Source: Octopus vulgaris (lineage: Eukaryota). From it: a stretch of 64,000 bases of DNA. A program made the position numbers and the translations under genes. Below the pieces are notes generated by a model. That model saw only the letters and a list, made by a program, of their open reading frames with translations, did not search any database and was not told the origin of the DNA. The stretch spans positions 23,932,001-23,996,000 of the forward strand of contig OX597828.1 in NCBI GenBank assembly GCA_951406725.2, in the 5' to 3' direction. Within the stretch, counting starts at the first letter, position 1; each line of letters starts with the position of its first letter. Shown piece after piece: positions 1-13,471 of this stretch.

Positions 1-239
1 TTATATGGTCTAAATGGCAGCTGCCGTCCAAATATCTTGGACTGCGTGTTACGCTAACCAAAATGTCAAGTATGAAAGCCTGAACGGACTTTGAATATCA
101 GTGGAGTGTCGTAGTTGAGGAAATTGATATTTAGATTGGTACATTACATGCTTGAGTCACACTGTTTTGACAATACGTTGGCGCCCTTAGTATACTGATC
201 CGTCTCATGACCAGGTCTCACCTGCATATCTATAGTAAC

Positions 240-275
240 ATACACACACACACAACACACAAAAACACACACCTA

Positions 276-331
<56 letters not shown>

Positions 332-398
332 AGTCTGTCTGTCTGTCTATCTATCTATCTTTCTCTATATATATACTCACACACACACACACACACAT

Positions 399-447
<49 letters not shown>
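240..447. repeat. Compound microsatellite (CA)n/(ATCT)n/(TA)n
   Basis: Directly visible tandem repeats. Confidence 0.95.
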
Positions 448-449
<2 letters not shown>

Positions 450-1180
450 TAATCAAAATACGCAACAAGGATATGCAAGGGTGGTGTAGTACAATCGTTT
501 CATGCAACTTCATTTAATTAAACAATTTATTACATAAGTTTTAAAATGTAGAGCACTCTTCATCGACATAAGGAAGTTTTGAAAATTAAATTGACAATGT
601 TCATTTTTATATTTATTCCATTTGCAAACATTACGAAGAGGGTAGATATATGGACAGAGAGGTGAATTTCATCAATACGGACATGGTAGTAGAAGATTTT
701 TTTCTCACGGGCAGATCTTTTATCACTGAGTTCACTTTATTATTTAGATTTACCAATGGGGAGGGGTTTCTTTTTATTAAGTTCAGTGGAGACAATCAAG
801 AATTTTTCTATTTATCGGTAGAGGAAGGGGTAGTTCAAATGACAGAGCCATAAATCCAACCTTATCATGAGGAATTTAACTTTGGTACATTTGAATGTAT
901 TTTAGCTAAAGTTTGTAGACTGAAGCTAGTGGGGTAGGGAGAATAGAAATGTCTAATGTCCTTAACCATTAAACAGCCATGATTCTGCTTGTGATTTTAA
1001 ATAAATATCCTTTAGATAGTTTTTACCAAAGGATTCTAATAAATTTTAGTATCTTATATAGGGATGGGGAGTATAGAAATCACTTCATATTTATAAAAAT
1101 ATATATATCAGATTATTATTAATATAGATTTATAGTTAGTTAGAAAATACTAATTTATTTTTATTAACGAGTTAAATATA
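430..1180 (-). mobile_element. Decayed Penelope-like element 3' fragment (tentative)
   Basis: AT-rich stretch between TA microsatellites. The minus strand ends in GAAACGATTGTA (~490-501), the same HHR stem III/cleavage segment as at 5433-5444. Boundaries approximate. Confidence 0.35.
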
Positions 1181-1279
1181 TGTTTATATATACATATAAA
1201 CATATGTATAGCTATATATACATACACATATATATATTTTTTTTATATATACATACATATACATATATTTATATACATA

Positions 1280-1399
1280 TACAGGGTATCCCAAAAGACG
1301 CGCACCACCCTGGCTTTTTAAAAGAATACACCCTTACTGATTTCAATAACACGTTATTGAAATTAATCATAACAAATGCTCAACTTGAGCACCCTCTAC
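1280..1399. mobile_element. Small Tc1/mariner-type MITE relic
   Basis: Begins TA-CAGGGT and ends ACCCTC-TA: short imperfect TIRs with TA flanks. Confidence 0.4.
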
Positions 1400-1863
1400 A
1401 ATAAAACATGCCGAAAATAATATAATAAAATTAAAAAAATCCCAAATTTTATTTAATTTTCTTTGCGGGAGGGACTGTTTCAACGAAGTCGCGTATTGTC
1501 CTTGCCTTCGAAAACGAGGATTACATGAAACAGGGACAAGTGATGAAGGGGAATATTTTTTATGTTGCATGTCCCGTTCAGCGGTTTGTTTTTTTCGTTG
1601 TTCGAACAAATGTTTGTTTTCTATGTTTTTGTTTTTATGTTTTCGTTTCTCATTGTGTTCAACGTTTTTTGATGGCCTATACCCATATATGCATGTATAT
1701 ATACATATATATATTATATTTCATATAATTAATAAATATAAGGGTAGCAAAAAATTCTCCGCTACCAGCGGTCTAGTGAGAAAGAAAAGATAGTCAAAGA
1801 CTATATAATATACATTCAACAATATAAGGAATGGCCTATCAGGGCCATTCCTTATATTGTTGA

Positions 1864-1930
<67 letters not shown>

Positions 1931-2012
1931 ATCAAAATGTAAACACATGTAAATCGTCGGCGATTTTTTTCCTTCCGTCTTCTTTTTCTATTGGACTTTC
2001 CTCTGTCTCCTA

Positions 2013-2045
2013 TTTCTGAAGAAGAGCTGTGTTCGAAACGTAAAA
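2013..2045 (+). ncRNA. Minimal hammerhead-like motif (PLE pLTR type, one extra nt after A9)
   Basis: ttt-CTGAAGA-A-GAGC tgt GTTC-GAAA-C-GTA-aaa. Stem II is 4 bp, stem III is the ACGT palindrome, stem I is only 3 bp. Confidence 0.5.
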
Positions 2046-2873
2046 CCATCTTTCTTTCCAACTCTGAGCGTCTGCTAATACTTTGCATGTACAATGTCCC
2101 AGCGTTGTTTTTTTTGCGTTTTTTCTACGTTTATATATATATATATATACTTAAAACGTCAGTCAATTCCCATCTTCATTTGTGTCTCATGCTAGTTCTT
2201 ATTCGTGCATAAAGATTCCGTTGACCTGTATTCCTCATGAGGAGCAGCTAGGTTTTCTAACTTATAGGATGTAAGATTCTGTCGTCCTTACACGCATCCC
2301 TTTCGGCATTTCCCCGAAGAACGGGATCTGCTCTTTTTGTAGAGTTGTTCACTATATAGGATAGACGAGTATGACATTGAGATGGAGAAGCCCTCTACAT
2401 AAAGAACAGATGCGGTTCCCGCAATACAGACAAAATCCTTTAAGTGAACACGGAGAAATGTCCAGGTAGCATCAATACAAATTTCACAGTTTTCCCCTTC
2501 TACCAGTGCAAAGATTACTTTTTTTTTACAAAAACGTTTAAATAAAAAAAAATTTTCATCGAAAAATACAGAACACGTCTAAATATGCAGGCATAACCAA
2601 CTTTGATCTCTTTACATATTTTAATTCACGATTACATACTCATCACTGTAGATATTTCTCCCCACTAATCTAGTTTTTGAATTTTTGTCTATATATATAT
2701 ATTCCCTACCTACCGAAAGCTGAACAGTTATCTCCCCTTCCCTTAATAATAACGTTTACCAGTTACCTCCCCTTAGATTTTTTCACTTGTTGAATCATTT
2801 ACTCATCCATTTTACACATAACATCGACCAAAGTATTTCTTCTTAAGAAAATACATATTTAAATAAATTTTAA

Positions 2874-2906
2874 TGTCATGAATGGCGAATGTGAAACCGG
2901 TCGACA
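2874..2906 (+). ncRNA. Hammerhead-shaped variant (A3-U8 core)
   Basis: TGTC-ATGAATG-GC gaat GT-GAAA-CCGG-TC-GACA. Stem I TGTC/GACA and palindromic stem III ACCGGT are intact; the core is non-canonical and stem II weak. Confidence 0.4.
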
Positions 2907-3627
2907 AACAATATATTATATATTAAAAATTATATTAAAACTATGTAATGTGTGTGCGTTTATCTTCTTTAATTTCTAATATATATTACAACTTACCACG
3001 TGGAGATAATCAACATTCCTCCCTTTCTGTTACTACATATATATATATGTGTGTGTGTGTATGATCAAAACATTAATATTCTAAACGTATCAAATGGTGC
3101 CTAATCAGACTTTGTAGCTCTGAGCGCTCTGTATTTTTCAACTGAAGGTGCTTACAAATATTGCTACAGGGATAACAACCTTTTAACAGATGATCTACCG
3201 CCTCTATTTCTAAATACGTTCTTATAGGTTTAAGTGTTGTTATAATTCCTATTGTAGTGATAATTGCAGATCCGAAGAATAATATTACTTCATGGATTAC
3301 TAAGAATGGCAATACATGTAACAAGCTTGATTTCCTAAATAACATTCTAATTGAGCCAATTAAATTGAGATGATGAGAGATTCCCTTGAGACAGTTAGGA
3401 CTAGTTAGTCTTTAAGTAGATCTTCACATTAATTCATTTACCTGAGAACCCTTTAGGGAGACACTGGTTATAAAATTATGTAAATCATCATAAAATTTCA
3501 CTCAACGATCAAGACAGAAATTCATAATCTTACACTAAATTTCATAATACAAGCATTCGTCTATCTCGGTCTGTTTGTCAATCTATTATCTACTGTTCTG
3601 TCTCTCTATTCATTTACTTAACTATAT

Positions 3628-3793
3628 AGAGCAGACGAGGCTGTGTGGTAAGAAGCTTGCCTACCAACCGCACGATTCCAAGTTCGGTCACATTGAATAA
3701 AAGCCTGGGCAAGCGTCTTCTGTTATAGCCTCGGGTCGACCAAAGACTTGAGAGTGAATATGTTAGACGGAAACTGAAAGAAGCCTGTCGTAT
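3628..3793 (+). mobile_element. SINE family A, 5' half (diverged)
   Basis: tRNA-like head plus GCCTCGGGTCGACCAAAG...GACGGAAACTGAAAGAAGCC, matching the copy at 27265. Confidence 0.85.
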
Positions 3794-4147
3794 ATATTTA
3801 TATGTATTAATAGTAATGGTATCAAAACAAAAGAATGAATGTGACCTTGATATTATGTAAATAGAGGAATTTGTCTGTTATGTAATATGTGCCAATTATT
3901 CGGTTGCCATAATAAAACGGGGTGGAAATCTGCTTCGGCATCTCGTCAGTTATCAAAGCAATCAAAAAATGCTATGAAAATGGCCGTTAAACAAAGGGAA
4001 ATTACTATGTAATTGACCTTATTAAGACAAAAGAGCTCTTAGAATGACCGTTAAATAAGGGGAAAAACCGAAGGGGAGAAAGTAAAAAAAACAAAAAGGT
4101 TAGAATGCTCATAGAAATCGCGTATATATATATATAATATATATATA

Positions 4148-4185
<38 letters not shown>

Positions 4186-4272
4186 TATTAGAGACAAAAA
4201 CCACTATTTTGCAAAACAAACAAGGAAAGACTTAATCAATACATAAAATTTTAATAAATAGTCAAAAAACCG

Positions 4273-4315
4273 CCACTACAATCGTTTCTTGTCTTGATCG
4301 ATAATCTTCAGGTGG
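4273..4315 (-). ncRNA. Type I minimal hammerhead ribozyme (one stem II mismatch)
   Basis: Reverse complement CCAC-CTGAAGA-TTATC gatcaa GACAA-GAAA-C GATT GTA-GTGG. Confidence 0.7.
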
Positions 4316-5405
4316 ACTTCAATCTAAAATATCAATATTTTAAAATATACAAATAATAATTTTAAAATAATTAAAGTATGAATGAAAAAATATAAATATA
4401 TAATCCATATATAACCTATATATAATCCATATATAATCAATATATAAACAATATATAAACTAAAATAAACCTATCAACAATTAAATATAAAATATAAAAT
4501 ATAAAATATAAAACAAAACAAAAAAATAATAATAATATAATAATAAACTATATATACACCCACTAAACCCCACAGTGTGGGGTTGAGTGGGTTTTTGGAG
4601 TATATGTTGAGGTTTATATGTATGTATTGCTATGTGTAAGTGGTGTGGGTATTTGTATATGTCGTGGGTGTGTGTTTTACGTGTGTGTATTTGTGTGTGA
4701 ATGTTTAGGTTAGGGGGATTGCTATATAGGTATGTTATAGAGTTTAGTAAAGGGAGATTTTATCATTATATGTTTTTGTGAGTTTTGGTTTATCATGGTA
4801 GGTTTGTTAAGGAATTCGTAGTAATTTGTGTATATTTGCGATGTCTGTTGTTTTATTGCATTGTTTCATTCATAATTTTTAAGTAGTGTTCGTTTTACCA
4901 AGTGAATATAATTTTTAATTCCATTTATTCCATTTCTCCGTTCATAATTTTGAGTGATGTCCGTTTTCTAGAGCGTGAATGTGGGTTGTATGTGTGTGTG
5001 TGTGGGAGTATGAATAAGTATTGTGTTGAAGTATTTAGCTATTTTATTTATTTATAGTTGCCTAGACGTTTTTATGTGTATGTATAGGGATATATATATA
5101 GGTGTGTGGTTTAGTGTATGTAGTTAGATATGGTTATATATAATTAGGTATATGTGTATGGATGTATATATAGTTTATTATTATATTATTATTATTTTTT
5201 TGTTTTGTTTTATATTTTATATTTTATATTTTATATTTAATTGTTGATAGGTTTATTTTAGTTTATATATTGTTTATATATTGATTATATATGGATTATA
5301 TATAGGTTATATATGGATTATATATTTATATTTTTTCATTCATACTTTAATTATTTTAAAATTATTATTTGTATATTTTAAAATATTGATATTTTAGATT
5401 GAAGT

Positions 5406-5448
5406 CCACCTGAAGATTGTCGATCAAGACAAGAAACGATTGTAGTGG
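5406..5448 (+). ncRNA. Type I minimal hammerhead ribozyme
   Basis: CCAC-CTGAAGA-TTGTC gatcaa GACAA-GAAA-C GATT GTA-GTGG. Full core, 5-bp stem II, self-complementary stem III ACGAUUGU, GUA cleavage site. Confidence 0.85.
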
Positions 5449-5622
5449 CGGTTTTTTTGACTATTTATTAAAATTTTATGTATTGATTAAGTCTTTCCTT
5501 GTTTGTTTTGCAAAATAGTGGTTTTGTCTCTAATAATATTTTATAATATTTTACTATAAAATTGGATTTAATCCTAAATCTGATTTTTTTTCCCTGTAAT
5601 TTTGGATTTATTCCCTAATATT

Positions 5623-5695
<73 letters not shown>

Positions 5696-5848
5696 TTTAT
5701 ATATATATGCGTATATGTGTGCATGTACAAGGGAAGTATGTGAGTGTTTGTATGTGAACCAGTGTTCTTTCAGTAACAAACGATGATCGATGTCATATCT
5801 CAAAAAGACAACCACTAGATAACATTGACAAGTGTATAAACTTGATTT

Positions 5849-6141
5849 GTGGAGGTGCAATGACCCAGTGGTTAGGGCAACAGACACACGGTCGTAGGAT
5901 CGCGGTTTCGATTCCCAGACCGGGCGTTGTGAGTGTTTATTGAGCGAAAACACGTAAAGCTTCACGAGGCTTCGGCAGAGGGTGGTGGTGATTCCTGCTG
6001 TACTCTTTCGCCACAACTTTCTCTCACTCTTTCTTCTCTTGGCCTGCTCGCTTAGCTAGCGGGGTGGCGTCATTTGAAGGCTAAGTCATTTCTGACCTGT
6101 GATGTGTAGCAACATCTGATAGCCTGGTCGGTCACGGTGAT
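5849..6141 (+). mobile_element. SINE family B (tRNA-derived)
   Basis: A/B-box-like head (CCCAGTGGTTAGGGC...GGTTTCGATTCC). Body shared with the copies at 20750, 36838, 32270 and 48648. Confidence 0.9.
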
Positions 6142-7291
6142 AAATTTGATTTAACATCCATATTTATATATAAAATACTACAAGTATTTTGTCGGCACGG
6201 GACCAGCTAGTCTTATAATAATTCTACTTGCGTTTGCATTACCTAGCCCGACAGTAACGCTATCTCGTGATTAAAGAAAAAGGAGAAAGAAAGGAGGGAG
6301 AAATAGAAAAGTGGGAGGGAGAAAAAGAGAGGGAGAGAAGCGTCCATGACATGAGGTAGAAGGAATATAATTGTAACTCGTTCACGTGATTTGTTGAAGG
6401 GAAAGAAAGGGAAAAGAAACAAGAGGGTAAAAGAGGATTAAGCGAAGAGTGGGACAGAAAGAGAGAAAGAGAAAAAGAGTGAGAGAAAAACGAAAGAGAG
6501 AGAGGGAAAGAAGGAGAGTGAAAAGGTGAAAGAGAGAAGCGGCCATTACATGAGGTAGGGGGAACGTAATAAATTTAGAAGAGGGGTGATATTCTGATGA
6601 GGAAATTAAAGAAAAGCAGAGAGGGAGTAGAGAGATAGGGAGGAAGAGGAGAGGTGCAGGAGGAAGAGAAGAGGTGAGGGAATGGGAGGGTGGGAAAGAG
6701 GGGTATGAGAGAGAGAGAGAGAGAGGGGGAACGACAAGAGCGAGAGAGATGATGATGATGGTGATGCTGATGTTGTTTGAGATGGCGGTGGTGGAGGTGG
6801 TGGTGGTGATGTGGGGATAGTGAAAAGTGCATCGATGATTTACTGAACTAAGTTTTTTTTTTTTATATCACCTATCACTCAACGTATGAGCATAAATGCA
6901 ATTCCGTGAAATATTTATGCTTATTTCGTGGCGGACATATGCAATTTAACTAAAGGTTGTATCATATGCACGGGATTTTTGTTTCTGGGGGAAAATGGAA
7001 AAATAAGAGTGAATATTTAATGAGTGCTGTATATTAAGTCTATAAATCTGTGCATAAAGTATATAGAGTGTATATATAACGTGCATTAAGTAATCATCGT
7101 ATTCCAGTTCTTTCCAGTTTTCAGTGAGTAGCAGATGAGTGACTATCTTTCCATACAGACACAACACAAGCTACACTTTCAGGGTTTTGGGATAAAGTTT
7201 TCAAGAAATAACCCGATAGGTTTACCATTAATTCCTTGAAATATTGACGGGTTCCGCTAGTACATATCACTCATCCTTTTCCAAGTAAGTT

Positions 7292-7293
<2 letters not shown>

Positions 7294-7368
<75 letters not shown>

Positions 7369-7374
7369 AATCTA

Positions 7375-7445
<71 letters not shown>
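7294..7445. repeat. (ATCT)n-(CT)n-(TA)n microsatellite
   Basis: Visible tandem repeats. Confidence 0.95.
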
Positions 7446-7447
<2 letters not shown>

Positions 7448-7619
7448 TAAGACATAAAATATGATCACTTCTACAAGTAATATCGCAAAATACCGTTAAT
7501 ATCTTCAAAAGATGGATAATGTTAAGTAATACATAATGTGTAATAGTATATGTTTCATAGGCAGCAAGTAACAAGGCATAAGTTTTATATTTCACTTCTA
7601 TATTGTTGTTTGTTACTTC

Positions 7620-7895
7620 TCGAGCCATGCCTGGCTCAGAAGGGCTGGTTTCCCGATTTCATTGCCATCTAGGTTCCCCAACCTGGGCCGCAGGTGAGCT
7701 GCTAGATGTAGGAGGAAAGAGCGAGAGAAAGTTACGGTGAAAGATTCGGCAGAAGTTCACCATTACCTTCTGCTAAAGCCGCGTGGAGCTTAGGTGTTTC
7801 GCTCGTAAACACACACATCGCTCGTTCTGAGATTCGAACCAGCGATCCCTCGACCGCGTGTCCGCTTCTCTAGCTACTGGGCCATATGCCCCCAC
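7620..7895 (-). mobile_element. SINE, family B-related
   Basis: Reverse-strand tRNA-like head (GGCCCAGTAGCTAG...GGTTCGAATC) and the AAACACCTAAGCTCCACGCGGCT body. Confidence 0.75.
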
Positions 7896-8991
7896 ATTTC
7901 ATTGCAATGCAATGTAAGATGATTTAAAATGGAGCCGAGTATTTAACAAACCGAAATGTGTCGACTGTACTTAAGGAACATGCTATTCTGACACTAGGAA
8001 AGTTAAAATCATTGCCATTCAAGCCAACAAGAATGCATCATTAATCAACGTTACAAGTAAACCTCTCTCCAATTACGCCCTACTGTCTAAGACAAACAAC
8101 ATATTGAATTAATATATTTCAGTCTGTAAGAAAGGAGAAAGTAAAAAGACAAAACAATATTTTAATGTTTGGGTGACTACGGCAGGAATACGTTTTGTTC
8201 ACAGGTCTGATCCAATAAATCAAATCCAATCTGTTATGCAGCTAAATAATCAAGAGTGATAACAATTTGGTTAAGATTTCACGTTTCGGATTGCGGCCTC
8301 GATAAAATAATGGCCAGAGAAGGACTGGAGATCGATACAATCAACCTACAATTTTCTAAGTGAATTGTACTAACTTTTAGTAATCTGTATGCGATACTCG
8401 TTTGCAGGTCACAACTGATAAATAAGTCTTAGATTCGTGTCTGTCTTACTTCTGACAGTAACGTATGTCAGTGTTCCAGGTAAACCTCATTAATTATAGA
8501 TAAGTTTCGAATGTTAGAATATCATGTTATTGCTGCTGCTGTTATTTTCGTTATTGTTGATGATGATGATGATGAGGAGGAGGAGGGGGAAGAAGAGGAA
8601 AAGAATGATGATAGTGCTGCTGTTGATGTCGTTTTGATTTATGTTTCTCTACAAGAAACAGAAAATCAGTTTGTAAAAATCTCTTCATAGCATCAGGCGA
8701 CAATGTGTTTTCTTCAATGAAATATATGTTTATGCACCTGTCTCAGTTGTCTGAGAGTGGTGTATGTCTGTGTATACGTGTGTTCACGTGCGTGTCTTTG
8801 TGTATGCGAATAATTATGTATAATAATACAAAATGCGTATGTGTATGTATGTATGCGTGTGTGTGATTATTTATCTGTCTGGTGTGTGTATGTATAAGTG
8901 TATGCATGTGTATCTGTATGTTTAAGTCAATATGTCCATATATACTAAGTATGTTGGAAAATATAGGCCCATATACATACACACATATGTT

Positions 8992-9297
8992 GTGCAGCAT
9001 GGAAAATTAGATTCACTTCAAAATTTTAATTTAATTTACCAAAATATTATCGTCGCTTTGAGACCTCAACTTGTTCACTTCCAAAATTCCGTACTCGGAA
9101 TTTTGTCAGTGAACAGTCAGAGAACAGGTCGCGGTCTCAAAGCGACGATAATATTTTGGCAAATCAATTTTAAATTTTGAAGTGAATCTAATAGTTTTTG
9201 CATGTATTTAATTGGCTTATAAACACCTTCACGTTGCTATTGTTTTTGCTTCAGCACGATCTCAGATCAGGTTACTTGCTATGCAAGTACATCTCCG

Positions 9298-9300
<3 letters not shown>
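8992..9300. repeat. Palindromic head-to-head pair of a short repeat (family E) with a hammerhead-shaped G3-C8 motif
   Basis: 9006-9090 is the imperfect reverse complement of 9097-9193. The same family occurs as a monomer at 55300-55445. Confidence 0.8.
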
Positions 9301-9367
<67 letters not shown>

Positions 9368-9884
9368 ATATAATATAGTATAATATAATATAGTATAATA
9401 TAATAATATTTGAAATCTACGGACAATTTTACTCACGCTGGCCATTAGTAAACATTGATATTTAATTTTTACCCTATATTTAGATTTAAATATTTTAATT
9501 CTAAGAGTCATATAATTCACTGCTGAATGTTCATTCACTGCTGCTTTTTTCTGGTTTTAGGTGCGTTGTTTGTTGAACATTTTCAATTGAATTCCTCGAT
9601 GCATAAAGATGGATGTGTATGTTGTCTAAGGCGGTATGTATTCGAGTTTTATAATTATATGTCCATACCAATTGTCGCTGATGAGCTATAGATGGTCAAT
9701 GCATTGATTCAATCGTCAATCATTTTTGCATTCACTCAAATTGTCCTGCCTGTCTACATGCAACGTGCTAAAATAATAGTTTATTTCGTGGTTTGCCATT
9801 TAACTCCTATTTCAAGCGTGTTGGAAAACTACTTAGTGGCTTTTCTCTTTGTGTTTAAATTCTACACACACACACACACACACG

Positions 9885-9934
<50 letters not shown>

Positions 9935-11635
9935 CATACACACACATACCAAATGATTTCTTGTCATGGAAACAAGTGTTCATACAGGGACATGAGCTAA
10001 TGAAAAATGGTATACGATGTATATCACTCAGATGATGATGATGATGATGATATTACTGCCGATGTGGATACAATTTATGCCGATGATGGTCCTTATAGCA
10101 TCGTGAACTGATCGCACTCCTGTTTGATGCTATACAGTAGTAGGTCTCGGCCGTCTGCAAATTTGTGGTTTCGAAATTGGCGTTTGTTAATTAGCTCCAG
10201 AACATCCTCGATGAAACAGACATAATAAAATTAAAGGAATTTACGACCGTGCCGTTCCTAACTCTTTATAACTCACAGATTTTATTCTTTAATGAGGCCT
10301 TGTGTTTTTTGGTTTTTGTTACTTTTTGTTAAGTCAGTTTTCAGATAGCTGTCGACGCTATCTCTTTTGACGCAGTGTGTAATATATCCGTTGGGTTTCT
10401 TTATAGAAAATTTATTTTTCTTCTCTTCAAATACACTTTAAGTTAATGAAAACCAAATCACACTGGATATAGAAGTGCAGATATAAAGGCAACATATCCA
10501 CTGCAAATATAATGGCAACATTACGGTACGTTACATCCGCCTCTTGAGCGAGAATGGGAGATACTAGAACACTACCTTCAAACGTAAGACCTCAGTATCA
10601 TCTGCAACCTCTTCCGGTCAACATACATCCTTATCTTTGTAAAGTGCCTGGTTTAAAGACTGGCCTTTCTCTTCAAAGACAATACACTTCAATCACCTGC
10701 AATAACAAACAATCCATGAAGCTCCAGAAAGACACACAATGGACTACCATTGCCACATCTGTGAGGATGCTACAGATAGACATGCAGTAATTTTAATGGC
10801 CGTCCAGAGATATTTTACACGATTAATAGATTATGACGTTACGCAAAGTTACCCTTCAAGTTCTGGTTTACATATGCGCTGACTTAATATTTTTATCTGT
10901 CTTTTCTACTTCTACAATAATAACATCGGCAGTTCAAAGTTTCTCTGTGTGTCCTCACGCTGTTTGCGTCCCACCGTAGGTCACGTGTTACATGCAATTC
11001 CAAGTACTTTCTTTTAACAATGATGGCCTTCTTCTCTGCGTCTGCATTTACTGCAATATTCGATTGCCTTTCATGCTTCCAAAATAATATGCCACTTATG
11101 TAACGGGGTCGATATTATTGAAAAGCTTTCCCTTCCCATAAGCTGCTGGCATTCTACCCCAAATTAGGAACAATTATTATACGCCATGTTTAATGATTCC
11201 TTTCAATCTTCCGTGGATTGATTACCAGAAATTTAAGGCATCATTTTAACTCGTCTTCGAGGACCCAAATATGCTTTACAAACAGCCCTTACTTATAAAC
11301 TAGGCATTTTTGACCGTCACAAAATAACGTTGCCTGGAACTATATCTCAGCGATTCCAGAAATATGCTATTAGACAAAACATCAAGAGACAGACGGCTGA
11401 AGCATTAATTTAGGTTATTATAACTTTAATGATTTTAAAGGTTTTTTTTATCAGTCCTGTAGCATTAACGGTCCTTCAGGTCATGTCTAATTGATTGTTT
11501 AGAATTTGTAATGGAGTTCATTTATGGTTGATGGGGAAAAATTTTGTACTTTGAGAGCGTTGTTGTATCTCAGAACTTCGAACCTGTATTAGGCACTCCT
11601 ATATAGTATCCCGACTCAGACAATATACTGTGAAA

Positions 11636-11760
11636 GAGATCTACTTTGCCATTCATCCTTTCGGGGTCGATAAATTAAGTGCCAGTTACGTAATAGGGTT
11701 GATCTATTCGACTGACACCCTCTCCAAAAATTTCGAACATTGTGCCTAGTGCTGAAAAGA
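11636..11760 (+). mobile_element. SINE family C, 3' part
   Basis: CTTTGCCATTCATCCTTTCGGGGTCGATAAATTAAG motif and family tail. Confidence 0.8.
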
Positions 11761-12029
11761 ATATATCGTGAAGGAGTAAATATACGAAACAGCTTAAAGG
11801 AGCAAGCGCATGTCTCCATACACAAGAAATACTGATTTTCAAAATTCAAATACCAACGAATATCTCACCAATACGTTCCAAACAAGAAACAAGTGAAAAT
11901 ACTGGTCATTACATATAATTCCTTTATGAGATCAGATTTGGCTTACAGCTTTTTCCAGTAGTCATAGATACATTACTGATAGGTTACACACACACAAACA
12001 CACACATATATATATATGTATACGCATAT

Positions 12030-12195
12030 ACGACGGGCTTCTTTCAATTTCCATCTACCAAATCCACTTACAAGGCTTTGGTCGGCCCGAGACTATAGTA
12101 AAAGACACTTGCCCAAGGTGCCACGGAGCGAAACTGAACTCGGAACCATGTGGTTCGTAAGCAAGCTACTTACAACACAGCCACTCCTACGCCTA
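12030..12195 (-). mobile_element. SINE family A, 5' half
   Basis: Reverse complement of the first ~165 bp of the copy at 27265. Confidence 0.9.
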
Positions 12196-12621
12196 TCTTT
12201 ACAGTTTTTTTTTCGACCTCAAATCCCGCAGAATTTAACTTTATCACTCATCCTCTCCCTTCGGGATTGATAAAATAAAATACTACTCAAATGCTAGAAT
12301 CGATGTCGTCAGCTAACACACCATCACATCTTCCCTCGTTGATTGGTTATTGTTGGAATAATTATTATTTTGTATTGCAACAGTTGTTGTCACAAACTTC
12401 AATGTTAATGAGGTGCTTCTACTGCTGCTGCTGCTGCCTGTGTCCTCCTCTACACCATCTCCCTTGGTCTTCTTCTATTGTCTGAATGCGTGCTTTGATG
12501 ACGTGTATCACCTCTAGCTGTCTCTCTCCGCCCACCAACGTGGTCGATGCTTACATCTCTCTGTGGTCCTTCCCGCACTTTGTTGTACTTCATACAACTG
12601 TTGTCACTGTCTCTGCCATAC

Positions 12622-13060
<439 letters not shown>

Positions 13061-13064
<4 letters not shown>

Positions 13065-13354
13065 TAGTTTTATTTTTTATAGCGTGCTTTCACTTCACTA
13101 CCGAGTGCAGCTCTGTGTGCTGTGATTTGTTGTGATGCTCTGATGGTTATTGTATGGAAAGTGTTCTGCGTAGGATGTGTGCAGTGCCTAGTAGTGCAAT
13201 TTTCTGTATGTTATATGTGTTTGTAAGTCCTGGTGTTTTTGTTATGTATTTGTCTGAGTATTTTTTATCATGCCTAATGCACCTACTATGATAGGAATTG
13301 TTTCTGTTTTTAGATTCCACATTCTGGTTACCTCCATTTCCAGGTCTTTGTATT
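13061..13354 (-). mobile_element. Dong/R4-type RLE LINE, short 3' copy
   Basis: Near-identical to 13468-13774 (…IQKIALLGTAHILRRTLSIQ* plus 3'UTR), embedded in (TAA)n. Confidence 0.85.
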
Positions 13355-13383
13355 ATCATTATTATTATTACTATTATCATTAC

Positions 13384-13467
<84 letters not shown>

Positions 13468-13471
<4 letters not shown>

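Larger units (their letters stand above)
4177..5545. mobile_element. Penelope-like inverted pLTR structure: ~380 bp inverted repeats (4177-4558 / 5163-5545), each carrying a hammerhead
   Basis: The arms are near-perfect reverse complements, each with an HHR motif. Inverted pLTRs with minimal HHRs are characteristic of Penelope-like elements. Confidence 0.75.

Noticed and set aside
3895-3955. Minus-strand CTGACGA...GGCAACC-GAAT hammerhead candidate
   Set aside because: Stem II is imperfect, GAAA is absent and no stem I was found; at most a decayed relic.
5849-5930. tRNA genes at SINE heads
   Set aside because: A/B boxes are present, but there is no complete cloverleaf and each continues into a SINE body.
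6190-7262. Further Helitron 3' ends (CGGG..GCTAGT at ~6207 and ~7256; reverse strand at ~58076)
   Set aside because: Only terminal motifs are seen; matching 5' ends could not be defined.
9675-9710. CTGATGAG motif
   Set aside because: No stem II or GAAA follows.
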